Below, piece after piece: positions 1 through 12,872 of a stretch of 64,000 nt of DNA. This stretch comes from Geosiphon pyriformis uo1 (taxonomy: Eukaryota > Fungi > Glomeromycota). A program made the position numbers and the translations under genes. Within the stretch, counting starts at the first letter, position 1. The number at the start of each line of letters is the position of its first letter. A model generated the notes under the pieces. It was not told where the DNA came from, made no database searches, and worked only from the letters and a program-made list of their open reading frames with translations. The DNA lies in assembly GCA_016748015.1 (NCBI GenBank), contig JAAOMT010000577.1, positions 62,001 through 126,000 on the forward strand. The letters are read 5' to 3'.

Positions 1-483
1 TTTTTGCTTGAGTGAATTTTACATACACAACAAGACAAGTTTGTCTTTTTAATATATTATAAATGGTGTTTTTTTGTACTAAAAATTAAACGAATGTTGA
101 AGGACAACACACACATGATAAAACAAAAAAATTCTTTCAGATGAAATTCCCCGAAATTATTAATTGGCCGTAGATTTCTGACAACCTCAAACAAACTTAT
201 AAAGGCTGCTGAATCACGTTTTTCGTATTTTAGATTTATCGATTGGCTTGAAATTATATATATAAAGTTTAAAGTCGTACATGTACAATGGAATTCGAGA
301 TTTAGATTTTTATCGAGGTGTGCTTCTTGAACTCCAAAATTACAACTGTAAAGTTGTCTAAAATAAAATATATATTTTCGCATTCAAGATTTCTAATTTC
401 AAGAAAAGTTTACTTGCAATATATATTCTATAACCACGAACTTCAAATCTCTTAATATTACAGAATAAATCAAAAATTTTATA

Positions 484-2497
484 TCAAGAAATCATCATTT
501 CATTGAATTTCTGAATCATATCAACATTTTCATTTCCTTTGGCTTTCAAACAAGTTAACAAAGCTTTATGCTTATCTTTAAGGGTACCGATTCCTATATC
601 GTGGCAATCAGTCAAATAGATCTTGGCATGTTTGAATGATTCTTTATCACACCGTTCAAACCAAAGATATGCCTTTCTGGGATTTCTCTCAGTACCAATA
701 CCAAGCATAAAACAGTATCCCACCCAAAACTGACCATTGAGATAACCAGTGTCTGCGATTTCTTGATAAAGTTGAAAAGCTCTCTCTGAATCCTGTTCTC
801 CTATACGAAGAGTATGAGCTAAATTACTTTTACCTTGGGGATGACCCATATCTGCCGATTTTTGGTAGTATGAGTTTCCTACATGACGGTTAAAGCCAAA
901 TTCGGCCCCAAGGCTGTAGCAGTATCCAAGTTGGTTTAGAGCAAAAGGATCGTCTCCATCACCTGCCACTCTGTACCAAGGAATTGCTTTCTCAATATTG
1001 AGCCCAATCTTGTCACTATAACAAAATCCAAGTAAACAAGCACACTCAGGTAAAAATCGGAACTTTAATAGAATGTTAATAAGTACATCTTCTGATTGCT
1101 TTTCGATATCCCAATATTTTTTTAGGTGGCTAAAAACCAGCTGGTCATCTCCATCGAGTCTCGTATATTTGTCAAGAAGGGTGAGTGTATTTTCCAAAAG
1201 ACTAATTTCCTCTGGTGAGATCTCAAGACTGTAAAGCCGACGCTTGAGAGCGAAAAGAGTTGAGGCTAGTGGTGTATCAGGTATTGTAGTGTTATCTGAT
1301 TGTTGATCGGTTAATTCAGCCGTGTCAATTTTCTTAACATTCTCTGATTGTTCTTCACATGGATATGTTGAATATGAATCTGATGTCCAAGAAATTTGTT
1401 CTAAACTTTTCTCCACTTCTTTAAGATTAGGACGCTTTTTAGGATCTTGGGCACAACAACTCTTAGCTAATTGGATGAAATCTGCTGGAGCCCTAGCATT
1501 GGACCAATCACGCCTTCCTTCGTAGATATCCAGAATGAATTTTTCTTTATTTGTGAAATCGTACAGAGAAGCACCGGCTAGCTCGGCAAAAATGACACCC
1601 AACGCAAATATCACTGAATTTTCATCACGAGAGGCTTTTGGGTTCTTGACATATTGTGGGTCTGTGTATTTTAATAGATAGTACGTATTAACCGTATGGA
1701 TGTAATGATCTAATGAACGTTGAATAAACTTTAAATAGGCGATTTTAGCCCTTCCATTATGAATCCATATGTTCATCGGATTCTAAAAAAGAGTTATTTG
1801 TATGTGTGACATATTTTTTAATAAATACACTGCAGAAACTAACCATAGCTTCGATCAGCGATACCCTCTTTTCTTTAAGATATATGGTCCCAGCTACAAT
1901 ATCCTTTGCTATCTGAAGTTTTTGGGAATTTTCCAGCTGTTTTAGATCGTTTTCAAACCATTTAGAAAGTAATTCTCCATCACAATACTCCGTAACAAGA
2001 GACGAAAAACCAGTATTTTCTGGCCCTTGAAGTTAAAATAAATTCTTTTTACCCAGAAATTTTTTTAATTTTTCAAGCTAAAATATGGTGATGTTTTTAA
2101 TGGTTACCAAGGAATATGCCAAGGAATTTTAAAACGTTGGGGTGACTCAACTCCGCTTTTATTCGAAGCTGAGAAAAAAGTTGATAATTAAAATTCAGAT
2201 TCAGTCTCGAAAACTCAAAAAAGTCTTAAAAAAACATTTTACGTTTACCTCTTCGTCCAAAAAATCGAATTTTTTCTCCCCTAGATTTTCAAATTCCATT
2301 AAGTTATGAAGAATTACTTTACAGGAATCAGTTTTGGCATCAGCAGTCAGTAAAGAACCAAATGCACCGTCTCCGATACAATCTAAATCGACAAGTTCTT
2401 CAACTTTATAAACTTTGACTACCCCAGCTTCCTTGAGATGGGCGAAGAAATCCCATTCATTAATTATTGGGTCTGGATCCGGGAATTGGTTGGCCAT
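484..2497 (-). CDS. Tyrosine-kinase-like pseudokinase fused to C-terminal Sel1-like repeats (4 exons: ~2497-2249, ~2169-2109, ~2026-1844, ~1782-484)
   Basis: Exons joined at GT-AG sites read MANQFPDP...CIGDGAFGSL (Gly loop)...ELSHPNVLKFLGI...LVTEYCDG...LQIAKDIVAGTIYL...NPMNIWIHNGRAKIA...IFALGVIFAEL...CCAQDPKKRP, then SLR units (ALNQLGYCYSLG, GQFWVGYCFMLGIGT). Confidence 0.85.
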
Positions 2498-2603
2498 GGG
2501 AAAAAAGTATTCTCGATTACGGTGAAATAGTTTCTTAAAATTGGTTTTATAAAGAAACAATAGACACATGTAATGCAATAAGTTACTCAAAAATGGCAAT
2601 AAT

Positions 2604-3014
2604 TTAAAGCTTTTGTTTCACAACGACTTGTGTTACCTGAAATCCTTTTATAATTAAATGGTGATTGGGGAATGAAAGAAACTCTATATTGATATTATTT
2701 ATATTAGTATCGCATCTCGTTTCTCGTAAATTGTTTGTAATAGAACCAAAAAGGACAATGAACGCTCTAAAATCTCTCATTTTATTTGCAACATCTATCA
2801 GGCACTTGTCATTTGTTAAAGTTGAGTATGATTCAAAATTGAATTTTTTATATTCCAAACCTGGCGTCTCTACACATATAAAACCTGAGGATGATACTTC
2901 CAACTTGTGAGTGTATCGAATATCAAGGTTTTGAATTGAAAACTCAGGGTGATATAGGGATCTTGACTTGAGATAATTTCGGGTTGGATGTAAAAATAAG
3001 TCTTTTATCGGCAA
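2604..3014 (-). CDS. Possible exon of an uncharacterised gene
   Basis: 136-codon open frame with a GTAAG donor-like site just upstream (~3021-3025); no recognisable motif. Confidence 0.25.
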   Translation of the reverse strand: MPIKDLFLHPTRNYLKSRSLYHPEFSIQNLDIRYTHKLEVSSSGFICVETPGLEYKKFNFESYSTLTNDKCLIDVANKMRDFRAFIVLFGSITNNLRETRCDTNINNINIEFLSFPNHHLIIKGFQVTQVVVKQKL

Positions 3015-3363
3015 AAAAACCTTACCTTATTTCCTTTTAAAAGGCCGAAGAGTAAATTAGGCTTTGCGATACCTCTGGAAAATCCTCTCCCCATTTAAGT
3101 CACAAAAGGCATGCATCCAAGGATAGCCTGATATAACTATTGCAATGATTCAAAATTTTTTTCAAAGGATCTAATTAAATAAGCAGGAGAAATTTAACTT
3201 GATAATGATTAACGATGCATATTAATCAGATGGAATATCTACAAAGCATATGATTATTCAAATTAAGGGAATCAAATATTTGAACTTGAAATATTTATGG
3301 GTAAAAAATATTTTTTGTAAAATCGAAGCGCTGAACTAAACATTGCTTAAAATTATTCTTAGA

Positions 3364-4717
3364 ATGAATATTAAATCAATATCAAAGTTCTATTTCTTTG
3401 TGTTTTTTATTCACATTATATTTTTTATTTCACTCTTTTTAAATTTCTTCCATCATTGTTTACTAATTAGAAACCACTTAGGAAATAATGCTCAAAAAAG
3501 TTCTCAATTTTTAAGAAATCCGATAAATTCTAACCTTTCAAAATTAATCACACGCAAAATGTTTGAAGAAAAAATTTCATCAAATAATGGGAATGAACGA
3601 AGAAGTAATTCGCTACCATCGCCGCCAAAGGGTTTAGTCACAGATTTAAATACATTAGATATATTATATCGAATGGCAAGACACGCTAATAGGGCATACT
3701 GTCTTTCAGAAAACATAATTGGAATGGATATACCAGGAGTCATTGGTATGTAAAAATAAATAAGGAATCGAGCTTCATTTTTGATTAAACAAGTTCAAAC
3801 AAAAATTTAAGTATTTGAAATTTTTTTAAGCTCATTTTCACGAATCTAAAAGATTAAAAGAATTTGTTGCATATTTTGGACAGAAAAGGCAAATGACAAT
3901 GGCCAACTGGAGCAAAAGAAAACCTTCTTTGATACCTTACAATTCTGTTGAGGGTGCTTTTGTTGATAAGAAATGGCTTGACACTTCAACTAAATTAGCA
4001 AGTAAACTTCAGTTGGCAGTGATTCGATTTTTCGTGGATATGCCTGGAGACAAATTAAAGATTTATTTTGTCGGACATGGAATTGGTGGTGGTAGGTAGA
4101 AAATCCATTCCATTTGCAAATTATCAAAAACTTTGAAAGTGTACATAGGATATTGGAGTTATTCATATGATTCGACTCTATTACTTTACCAAAGCATATG
4201 CTATCCTAACAGGCCTATTAGTTTCAAAATCCTTTGAGTATTATTATGGATACCAAGATGAAAAGCCAAATATAAAATGGATTGCTGTAACATTTGGCCA
4301 ACCGCGTATCGGAAACAGTCAATTTGCGCAACACGTTAATAAAGTTCTTGAAACTTATCGTGTCACACATAAAAATGACCATGTTCCACACCAACCCAAG
4401 TTTAATCCTACCTCTCATACGCTGATGCATCATGAATTGGAATTTTGGATTGAAAGTTGTGATTGCCAGGTTTATGCGTGTCCTGGGTTTTGGAATGATG
4501 ATGTTTTCAAAGCTGGAGAAAGCAAGGTAATCCTGAAGGAATTTATTTTTAGTCGTTAGTTTTTTAAGTCTTTATGATTATATTTTCATATTTTTTATTT
4601 TTTTTCCTACAGGTATGTAATGGCGTGACAGATGGCGAAGGTGAAACAGCCCATATGGGACCATATTTGGAAACTACCTTCAGAGATTGCACTCAATTTT
4701 CAACATCTTTAAATTAG
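3364..4717 (+). CDS. Class 3 lipase-like (alpha/beta hydrolase) protein with N-terminal hydrophobic anchor; nucleophile Ser replaced by Gly (4 exons: ~3364-3746, 3831-4093, 4194-4526, 4613-4717)
   Basis: MARHANRAYC, IYFVGHGIGG, AVTFGQPRIGNSQFA, YRVTHKNDHVP, HHELEFWI, C-terminal AHMGPYL; GT-AG introns restore the frame; stop TAG at 4715-4717. Confidence 0.88.
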
Positions 4718-6059
4718 TCAATTCTCAAAACTAATTTAAACTAATTTTTCTGCTCACAGTTCCGAGAAATAAAATTTTAAATGATAAAGATATAAATTAA
4801 TATGAAAAAGACAGTAAATACCTTAAAAATTTATAAAGACACATTCAAATTTTCAATTATTTGAATTGAAACGCTTGACCTTAAGGATTTAAAATATTGC
4901 AACTATTATAGCCTACTATTTGAATGAACCTGATTAACAATACAGGTTACAGAAATTTGACCCAATTAAATCACTAGAAATCTTAAGTCGTACCGGACAC
5001 TTGAATTTTAGAGAATCCCTTCCGAGACCTTGGATTTGTTCAATTCTGACAAACTTCTAGTTTAAAGAGAGCGGCACTTAAGATTAATAAAATATTCTTG
5101 TAATTAAAGACGTTGCGAAGATAATTCTCTATGTAAACAAGTTTAATACAGTGGTCGGTTAATTCTGTTAATTATAGCCTCCATCAATCAAAGCCTGGAG
5201 AAAATTCCATGATCACACTTTGATAACTAAAGACCTTTTTTCCTTCCAACTTTTTTATGGATGTATCTCTTAAACAAAAGATGCTTTCTTCCCAAACTTC
5301 TGATTTGATCATCTGAATCTTCCATACTTTTCTGCTGTTAATATTTTTGCTAATAAAGTTATTAAGATCTGGAAAAGCCATAAAATAAAAGTAAAGAGCA
5401 CCTTGGCATTTTTCTTAACAAAAGATAATTGTTGGCTAAACTCTTTGTCCGTGAAAAGAGAAAAAAGTTTTTCATAGAAACTTATATTCTGTTGTTAATA
5501 TTTTCACATTGTGAAAATAATAAAAACATTTCTTAATAACATATATCTTACAATCATTTTGTAAATAGACCTGTAAATATGAATTAATGTTTTTCAGGAA
5601 ATTGACCAGCTAAAATTTGATTATTTTAATAAAAAAATGAAAACCCGAAAAAAAAATGGAAATGATAAACAAAATATGTAAACTGGCAAATAAAAAAAAG
5701 AACCAAGTAAGTAAATGGGACCTTGATATTTTTCTTGTGGTCATACAATACAATTGAATTTCGCATGCTTAATAACATGAAATCTCAAATAGGCCGTGTA
5801 GAGTATATTCCAAGGCTCAAAAAATCTACTATTATCTTTTTTATTCAAAAGATTTGAATTAGCTGAAGAAAGTGTCAGAGCTTTATATATAGAGTAAAGA
5901 TTTAACAAGATATCAAAAGCTGAGTCAGATAAATTAAAGTGATGATATGAATAAATTTTTAACTAGTTGTAAATTAAATGACATTCTCAAGTTGATTAAT
6001 ATTAAGATATCCAAATATAACTAGATTTATTCTTTTTTTATTTTCTTTCTCCTGTTCAA

Positions 6060-6855
6060 ATGTTCAAGGGAAAGACGATAAATGGTAGAAATGTTCCTCA
6101 AAATTTTAATGCTTTTGATCAACGAGGAAATATTACCTTTAATAACTTTGAGCCAGAAAAAAGATTAAACAAGGAATCTGAAGCAGATGTGAGCGAACTA
6201 AGCGGGATTTATTTTAGGTAAGGTCTTATAAGAAAGACATATATTTTTAAATGACTTGAAAAATAAATTCATAATTAGTTTCTCTTTTATGAAATTAATA
6301 TGGAAATTCAAGTAATAGTTTTGAAATGGCACCGGTAAAAAGCGAGCGACCAACTTCATCTGAGATCTCGCAGAGTTGGGATACTCAGTTGTCTGAGCAA
6401 TTCATGGAGGGATACGATCTGGAATTATTTTCACTTATGCAAAATATCCCAACAGCGCCGGAACTTGAGCTCTTTGACCCGACCCAGAATATATCATTAG
6501 AGACTTTTGATTTTCAACAGGGGGACAGATATTTCGAAGGTGAAAACGGTTCTTCGACAGAAGAGGAAGAAGACATTGTGCTCGACACAAGCACCGACGC
6601 TCTAAAGCGCTTTCAGAAGACTACAGATAATTCTATGCAGGAGCAGGAAATCCCCCTTGGTGCCAGTACACAAAGTCTTGTAAGCAAGTGGGTCGGGCCT
6701 CATTTGGTAAACAGGTAGGAGAGATAAAAAATCTTCTGATTATGGGCATTACTCTACAAATATATTATCAGATTACCGCAAATAAGGCACAAGTACAAAC
6801 CGTCCATTTTATCGGATCTGAGCCAGTCTAAAAATCAAACATATACGTGCCAGTG
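6060..6855 (+). CDS. Hypothetical acidic low-complexity protein (probably 3 exons)
   Basis: ATG at 6060, donor GTAAGG ~6218, open exon ~6313-6714 with donor GTAGG, short last exon from ~6771; no domain recognised. Confidence 0.45.
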
Positions 6856-7569
6856 AATATTTGGATTAGAGGGTAATTTTTATAAGGAAATATCATCTTT
6901 TATCAGTATTTCAGTAAATTTACTTATAGGTAAACTGCGATTACAGACAAGTGTTTTTTGGGTTATATATGCACTCCGCTTTGGTCAAAAAACGCTGCAA
7001 ACTATCCTTCCCAATTTTCATTTTCATTTCTAAGCAATTTATTTACGTCTGATGAAAGAATGATTAAATCACAATTTTTTACAAATATATTAGTTTTTTT
7101 GAATTCTCCCGCAGTTAAGTTGTAGCGTTTGATCAGTTTTATAAAATAAATCTTCTACAAAAGGAATGGTTCAGAATGTGATAATTTAGAAGATTTTTCC
7201 TGCCTGCGCTATAAATTGAATTTGAGTTACTCATTTGCTTCGGTTCACCTAATTACACAACATATATTACATTCATAAATCTTTCAACCTTTTCGCTCCG
7301 CATAGGAGATGGAATCGAAGAAAGCCAAAATTTAAAAGCTACGGCAAATAAATTCACAATTTTTGGTGTGAATGCAACTTTGCATATTATTTAAATTCAA
7401 TTTAGGCAGATCCTTTAGAATATATACAAAAGTTATTTCGAAGCTCTCCTATCAGGTATTTATTCCCTTTGTGTATAAATAACGATAAAACTTTTCTAGG
7501 CCTTCGTAAGACCTGTCGGCGAATTTTATTTGGTTAGCCATTTAAAAAGCCAAAGGAATTGGAATCGAC

Positions 7570-8361
7570 CATATATAGCCTTATTAAAATTATTTGCTAA
7601 ATATTTCCTTAAGAACCTTAAGGTTTCATGTTTATCAAGATTCACTCCATAAGCTCTAGCAAAATAGCGGGTCAGATGCTATTGACCCATCCCATGTCTA
7701 TTGTTAGCAGCAAGTCGATACCAATGAACTGCTTTTATTTGATCGACTTTAGTTCCTTTGCCATGACGATAACAAAAACCAACGCTGTATTGAGCCATTA
7801 AATGGATATGTATCGCTTTTTTGAACCATTCAGAGGCTTTCTCCAAGTTTTTTTCAGTACTAATTCCATGTAAATAGCAGAATCCAAGGTTATATTGGCC
7901 AAGCGCAAAATTTAGAGCTGCTGACTCTTTGGCCCAGTGAAATTTTTTCTCTGTGTCAATTTTAGTGCCGATGCAATATCGATAGCATTTGGCAAGAAAA
8001 TTTAGAGCATGTGTGTCCCCAATATCAAGAGCTTGATGGTCCCGATTCCAAATTCTTGAAAAAAGCCAAACAAACAGAGACTATTTGGATTTCTTAAATC
8101 ATTGCTGAGTGAATTGAATAAATCAATTGCTAATTTTTGAATTAAATTTAATCGTTCTGTAATTATATTTGGAAGTAATTTGAAATAAACCTCACAATTA
8201 AGAGCCGTGAAAAATATTTTAGAGATGCCATCAAGTAATTGCTGATCAATATTTTTTCCAATATTGTCACCTATGCTCTTAACTTCTTTCAAAGGATTAA
8301 AAGTATAATTCTGTGATGACATTTTTGAACATAATTTATCCAGTTCACCGTTTTTAGACAA
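7570..8361 (-). pseudogene. Sel1-like repeat pseudogene
   Basis: Frame with YFKLLP...CLFGFFQEFGIGT shifts near 8030 into GDTHALNFLAKCYRYCIGT...GQYNLGFCYLHGIST...AQYSVGFCYRHGKGT, with an in-frame stop near 7680. Resembles the 42422 gene. Confidence 0.8.
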
Positions 8362-11006
8362 TCTAATTTAACGTTGTGGTTTGCAGTTCGATGGTTCCAA
8401 AAATTTCCACGGCGAGAAATAATGATCAAGTGGGAAAGAATTAGTGAAAAGCTGTGAAATGTTGTACGTGAAATGAAAATTGTTTAATTAGCTTTTTATA
8501 ATGAATTTAGCTGTGCTGCTGTGATATTTCCATTTTAACCATCGGATTCCTACAAACCAATAATATTACTACTTATTTGAGATACAAGTTGAAAAAATTT
8601 ACAATTCAAAAGCTGCAAATTTGAGTCATTTTTATTCCCATATTAAAGGAAGTGGATAATTTAGCAAATTTAATTAATAAACACCTATTTCAAAGCCTCC
8701 CTTTCTCTTGCAAGAATAACTGAATTTTATCATGGCTAAAGGCATTTTTCATATTTTTGATTGCAAATTATGGATCTGTTATTCAATATATTACTAAAAA
8801 AAAAATAATAAACTTCTAATGCCTATAAATAACCGTAATTTCATCATAATTTTCGTTACGCTATCAAACCATATTTTGGCATAAATTACCAATTCAACTA
8901 AACATCTTTCATGAACAAATCTGGTTTTTCCCCATTGAAAATATTTAAATGCAAAAAATGGGTTTAATCTTATAGCTTAAACAGACAAAAAAATTTTGAC
9001 ACTTATCAAATCATTTATCATAAAATAAGCATACAGAAAAATTCTAAATTTACAATATATTTTCCAGCTTGTTATTAAATTGGTTTATATTTGTTTTGAT
9101 GTCTGAATATGGTTAAATAGAATTTTTTTTTGTATATTTTGTTTAATATTGGGTATCTAATTTTTTTAAAATAATTTATTGATTTAGGTGATTATTTATT
9201 TAAATGTATATTGTTTTGAAGTTTGAAATATATATCTTTAAGGTTTTTGAAAATTTGTAATATAAATTCATAACAAATATAATTAATAATTAAAATTTCT
9301 CCAATTACTGTATTTTTTTGATAATTAATATAATGTTTAATTTTTTTTTAAATAAAACATTAAAAATAACTTGGAAACAAAGCAAAATTTATTTCTATAA
9401 ACTTATAATAAAATATGATATTGAGCTAATTAATAAACTAATCTAAATATTTTAAGATTCATGTGGTTTTTAAAAAATAAAGCTTTAAATAATAACAAAA
9501 TTAATAATACAATAGGTAATGTTTAAAAGAATTAATATAATTTTCATTTTTTCCCCTCACGAATTTGAGAATACTTTTTTTGAATATTAAATTATTGTAA
9601 ACAGAACAGTTTTTTTTAAAAAAAAAAGTGGTATCTTAATGAATCGTCTCAGACATTAATTTTCAAAACACAAATTTAGCCCACTATGATAGGAAAAACA
9701 AAGGTTTCAAATTAATTTTTTGAATTTTCTTTTAAAAAAAAATACACCCAAATTGATTGATATGTTTAATTATTGAAACATGACAGATCTAAGTTTTTAA
9801 CAGCATTATAAAATTCTAATAATTATTTTCTTAATAAGTAGAATGAGAACATTTAAAATGCTCACATTTAGTTAGAGCACTATTTGAATTTAAGACCTTC
9901 AAAATTAAAATCCCTTCATATTTCTTATAATTTCGGCTCCAATGCTTTAAAATGGTTCTTCTACACTTGAATGTTCTTAAATATAATTCAGAAATATAAT
10001 TCTTTTGGAATAATATATGAAAGCTTTAGCCCCATTATTTTCAAATCTCATCAACCATAAACCCAAATAATTTTTTTCTGGAAGCTGTAAAAAGTATTTT
10101 ATTTAACCTAGATTGATATTAGTAAGATCATTTAATAACTCCCTAAATCATCAATTCTTTTGTAAGATCAGGCCAACACATAGCCCATGACATTGAAAAA
10201 TCATTTCATGTTTAAAAAATAATTCTCTTTAAGAAATTAAGAATCTTGAGTTTCTTGTTGAAAAGTTCGAAAGTCGTCTTTCTAAATAATCCAATAAGTG
10301 GTGCAGAACTTGGATCTAATCATTAGAAAATGAGTCATACTCTTCAATGCTCACGCTACCATTGTCAAGCTTGCTAGATGGTTGCTGCAGGATACTACTA
10401 CATGTATTTGAATAGATGGCATTAAAATTTTAAAATCGATAAATACCACGTAGGCATAGAAATTAGACAAATTTTGATGACTTTGATACCAAAAAACATG
10501 GCATTAAGATGTAAGGGCAAACGCGTATGATCCAGAAATTTCTATTAAGAATCTAACATTTTTAATTTGAGAAGATTAGAACAAGGCATATGTTCCACTA
10601 CTCTGGAGCCATAATCTGGGAACTCTTCAAACTTTCTAACCAGCTTTCAAAAGTTTTTGGTCTTAAGTGATCTTATTATTATCTCGAAGCTTTAGAATTC
10701 GTTCATCATAAAATCAAAATAAAAATCCCATGGGAAACCTTAAAGTCAAGAATTATGTAAATACGGGGTATTTTCGAAATGTACAAATAGTATGATTCGT
10801 TTTTTGAAAAAAAGTAAGTTAGTGTTTCTGTTTTTTTTTAAAAAAAAAACAGTTTAAAATCAATAAAACTACAGAGGGGTTAAAAAAATGTGTTTTTTGA
10901 CATATTATCACGTTCATTTTTAAGTCTAAAATTTTCCCTCAAATCTGTTTTTTTCAAACTTTCAAGTCTCCCTTTTCCACAAATTATATCTCAATTTTTT
11001 TCAAAG

Positions 11007-12023
11007 ATGTCTGAGACACAAATCAAAGTTGCTTTGTTCGAAAAAAAATTCAGCACTGACAACGTAACTCCACCAAACTCAACCTACGGCACAATTGCTC
11101 GTGATAAAAGACCCATTAAATCTCTTACTGGACCACAATTCTGGCCGAACTCTCATCCTGCATCACCAAATTCCTCTGAAGAAAGTCAAGAATCTTTTTT
11201 GTTAAAGTCAAATGGATTCCACTCGTCAAAAAAACCTTTACGAAAGTTCCTTCAAAAGATTTGGACCAAAGTAAAACCGAATGATTCATTACGAGGGAAA
11301 ATTCGGGGTTCATCGGCTGATAGTCAAAGTCAACATTACAGCTCAGATGACGAAGCTCAATTCTCCAGTGATGATGCTCAAAAAGAACATTCGAAGCCAG
11401 TTCAGGTAAAATCAAAAGGTCAAAGCTCAAGCAATCATATGCGTGAGAAAAAAAAAAGAACATTGAAGATTCTTTGTTGCCCGAACAATATCATTGCTGT
11501 TCAAAAATCCTTAGTTCTTTCAATGGACGATGCTTTTGGAGTGGTATTTCCAAGTGGTAATCCAAGAAATAATATTGCGATTTCAAGATCACACACAATT
11601 AGCTATCCCCCGCGTAACAACATCAATCCTCTATGGACTCCAGATGAAAGAATTTCTCGACCTGTAAAAACTGTCCATTTTATTGTTCATATATATTGGA
11701 ACTGGCCAAAGCAAATCAGCATTTCTATCCCAAGAGACACTCCTTTCTCTAGCTTTAAAATGAGAATAGCTGGGGAATTGAATCAACAAATCCCACGTGA
11801 TTTTAAAGTATTATATCATACCAAACGATATAATGATGATGATGTAATGAAAGCTGGCGATGAACGTGATGAAGTTTTTTTAAAATATTTGGTACGGCGT
11901 CAAAAAATTCGTGTCATTGATCATGATGCGCTATGGAGTATTGGAATGTTGATGTGGCGCGAAAATGTTGAGGTTACCCTTTTTTCTGAATTATTGCTAC
12001 ATAAAAATTCATTTCAATTGTAG
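11007..12023 (+). CDS. Hypothetical protein: Ser-rich disordered N-terminus, possible PB1/ubiquitin-like C-terminal domain
   Basis: Single long ORF, ATG at 11007; C-terminal VHFIVHIY...ISISIPRDTPFSSFKMRIAGEL...FKVLY...VIDHDALW pattern resembles a beta-grasp fold (inference). Confidence 0.7.
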   Translation: MSETQIKVALFEKKFSTDNVTPPNSTYGTIARDKRPIKSLTGPQFWPNSHPASPNSSEESQESFLLKSNGFHSSKKPLRKFLQKIWTKVKPNDSLRGKIRGSSADSQSQHYSSDDEAQFSSDDAQKEHSKPVQVKSKGQSSSNHMREKKKRTLKILCCPNNIIAVQKSLVLSMDDAFGVVFPSGNPRNNIAISRSHTISYPPRNNINPLWTPDERISRPVKTVHFIVHIYWNWPKQISISIPRDTPFSSFKMRIAGELNQQIPRDFKVLYHTKRYNDDDVMKAGDERDEVFLKYLVRRQKIRVIDHDALWSIGMLMWRENVEVTLFSELLLHKNSFQL

Positions 12024-12872
12024 GATTGAAAAAATATCAAATCGTTTTTAATTATATATTTTATGTTATTAAAACATGTAAAATTGAAAATGGTTTAGAA
12101 AATATAAATGATCAAATTATATAATGTAGAAGGTTAAATAATAGGTCTAAATTTTTAGGATTGGCTTCCAAAGAGACATCTTTTTGTATATGCACACAAA
12201 ATTAGTAAAATAGAGGTAAAAACCTTGGCCTTTCCTTATATGTATTTACACTTTTTAGAAATGGTGCATAATCAAGAAAAAAAAAGAGTCTATGGTTATT
12301 TTATATATATTTTTATTTTTCGACAAAATATAATACAAATTTTTACATGGTTTTCCCGTTTTTAGATTTAAAGCTCTATTACATATATGACTCATAATTG
12401 TATGATTTTTTTCATGAGCAAAATTCTTTTAATTACTAATAAGAAAGCTTTATAAATCTTGTCAAAAAAAATTTGGAGTATTAAAGATTGTTTCAATAAT
12501 CAATAATTCAGAAATTTCGACATGCTTATTGTTTTTCTGATTAATAATTTTTATCAATCAAGCTATCATTTTTCTTAAAATCCGTCTCAGTTACACAATT
12601 TGAAAACCCTTTATTTGGGTGCAATCGCCGTCTTTCTGGATTGATTATAGCTGTAAAGTGTAACATACTCCTATGCTTTACAAAGTTCGCCAGCATTATT
12701 ATTTGACAAATAAATTAGGTAGTATGAAATAAATTGACCAATGAATGAAAACCAATTTTTGCCCTACCTGTCACTACTCTTTCTTTTTCCAACTCCCAAA
12801 TAAATAATAGAAAGGCTCAAATATATTATAGATCCTCTTTGTTGTTTTCTTCAATAATAAATCTAATTTATT

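Noticed and set aside
9800-10400. Possible LRR/F-box remnants (also ~39475-39855, 46400-47050, 49200-51050)
   Set aside because: Only isolated Leu-rich fragments such as ENNGAKAF are visible; too degraded to support without a profile search.
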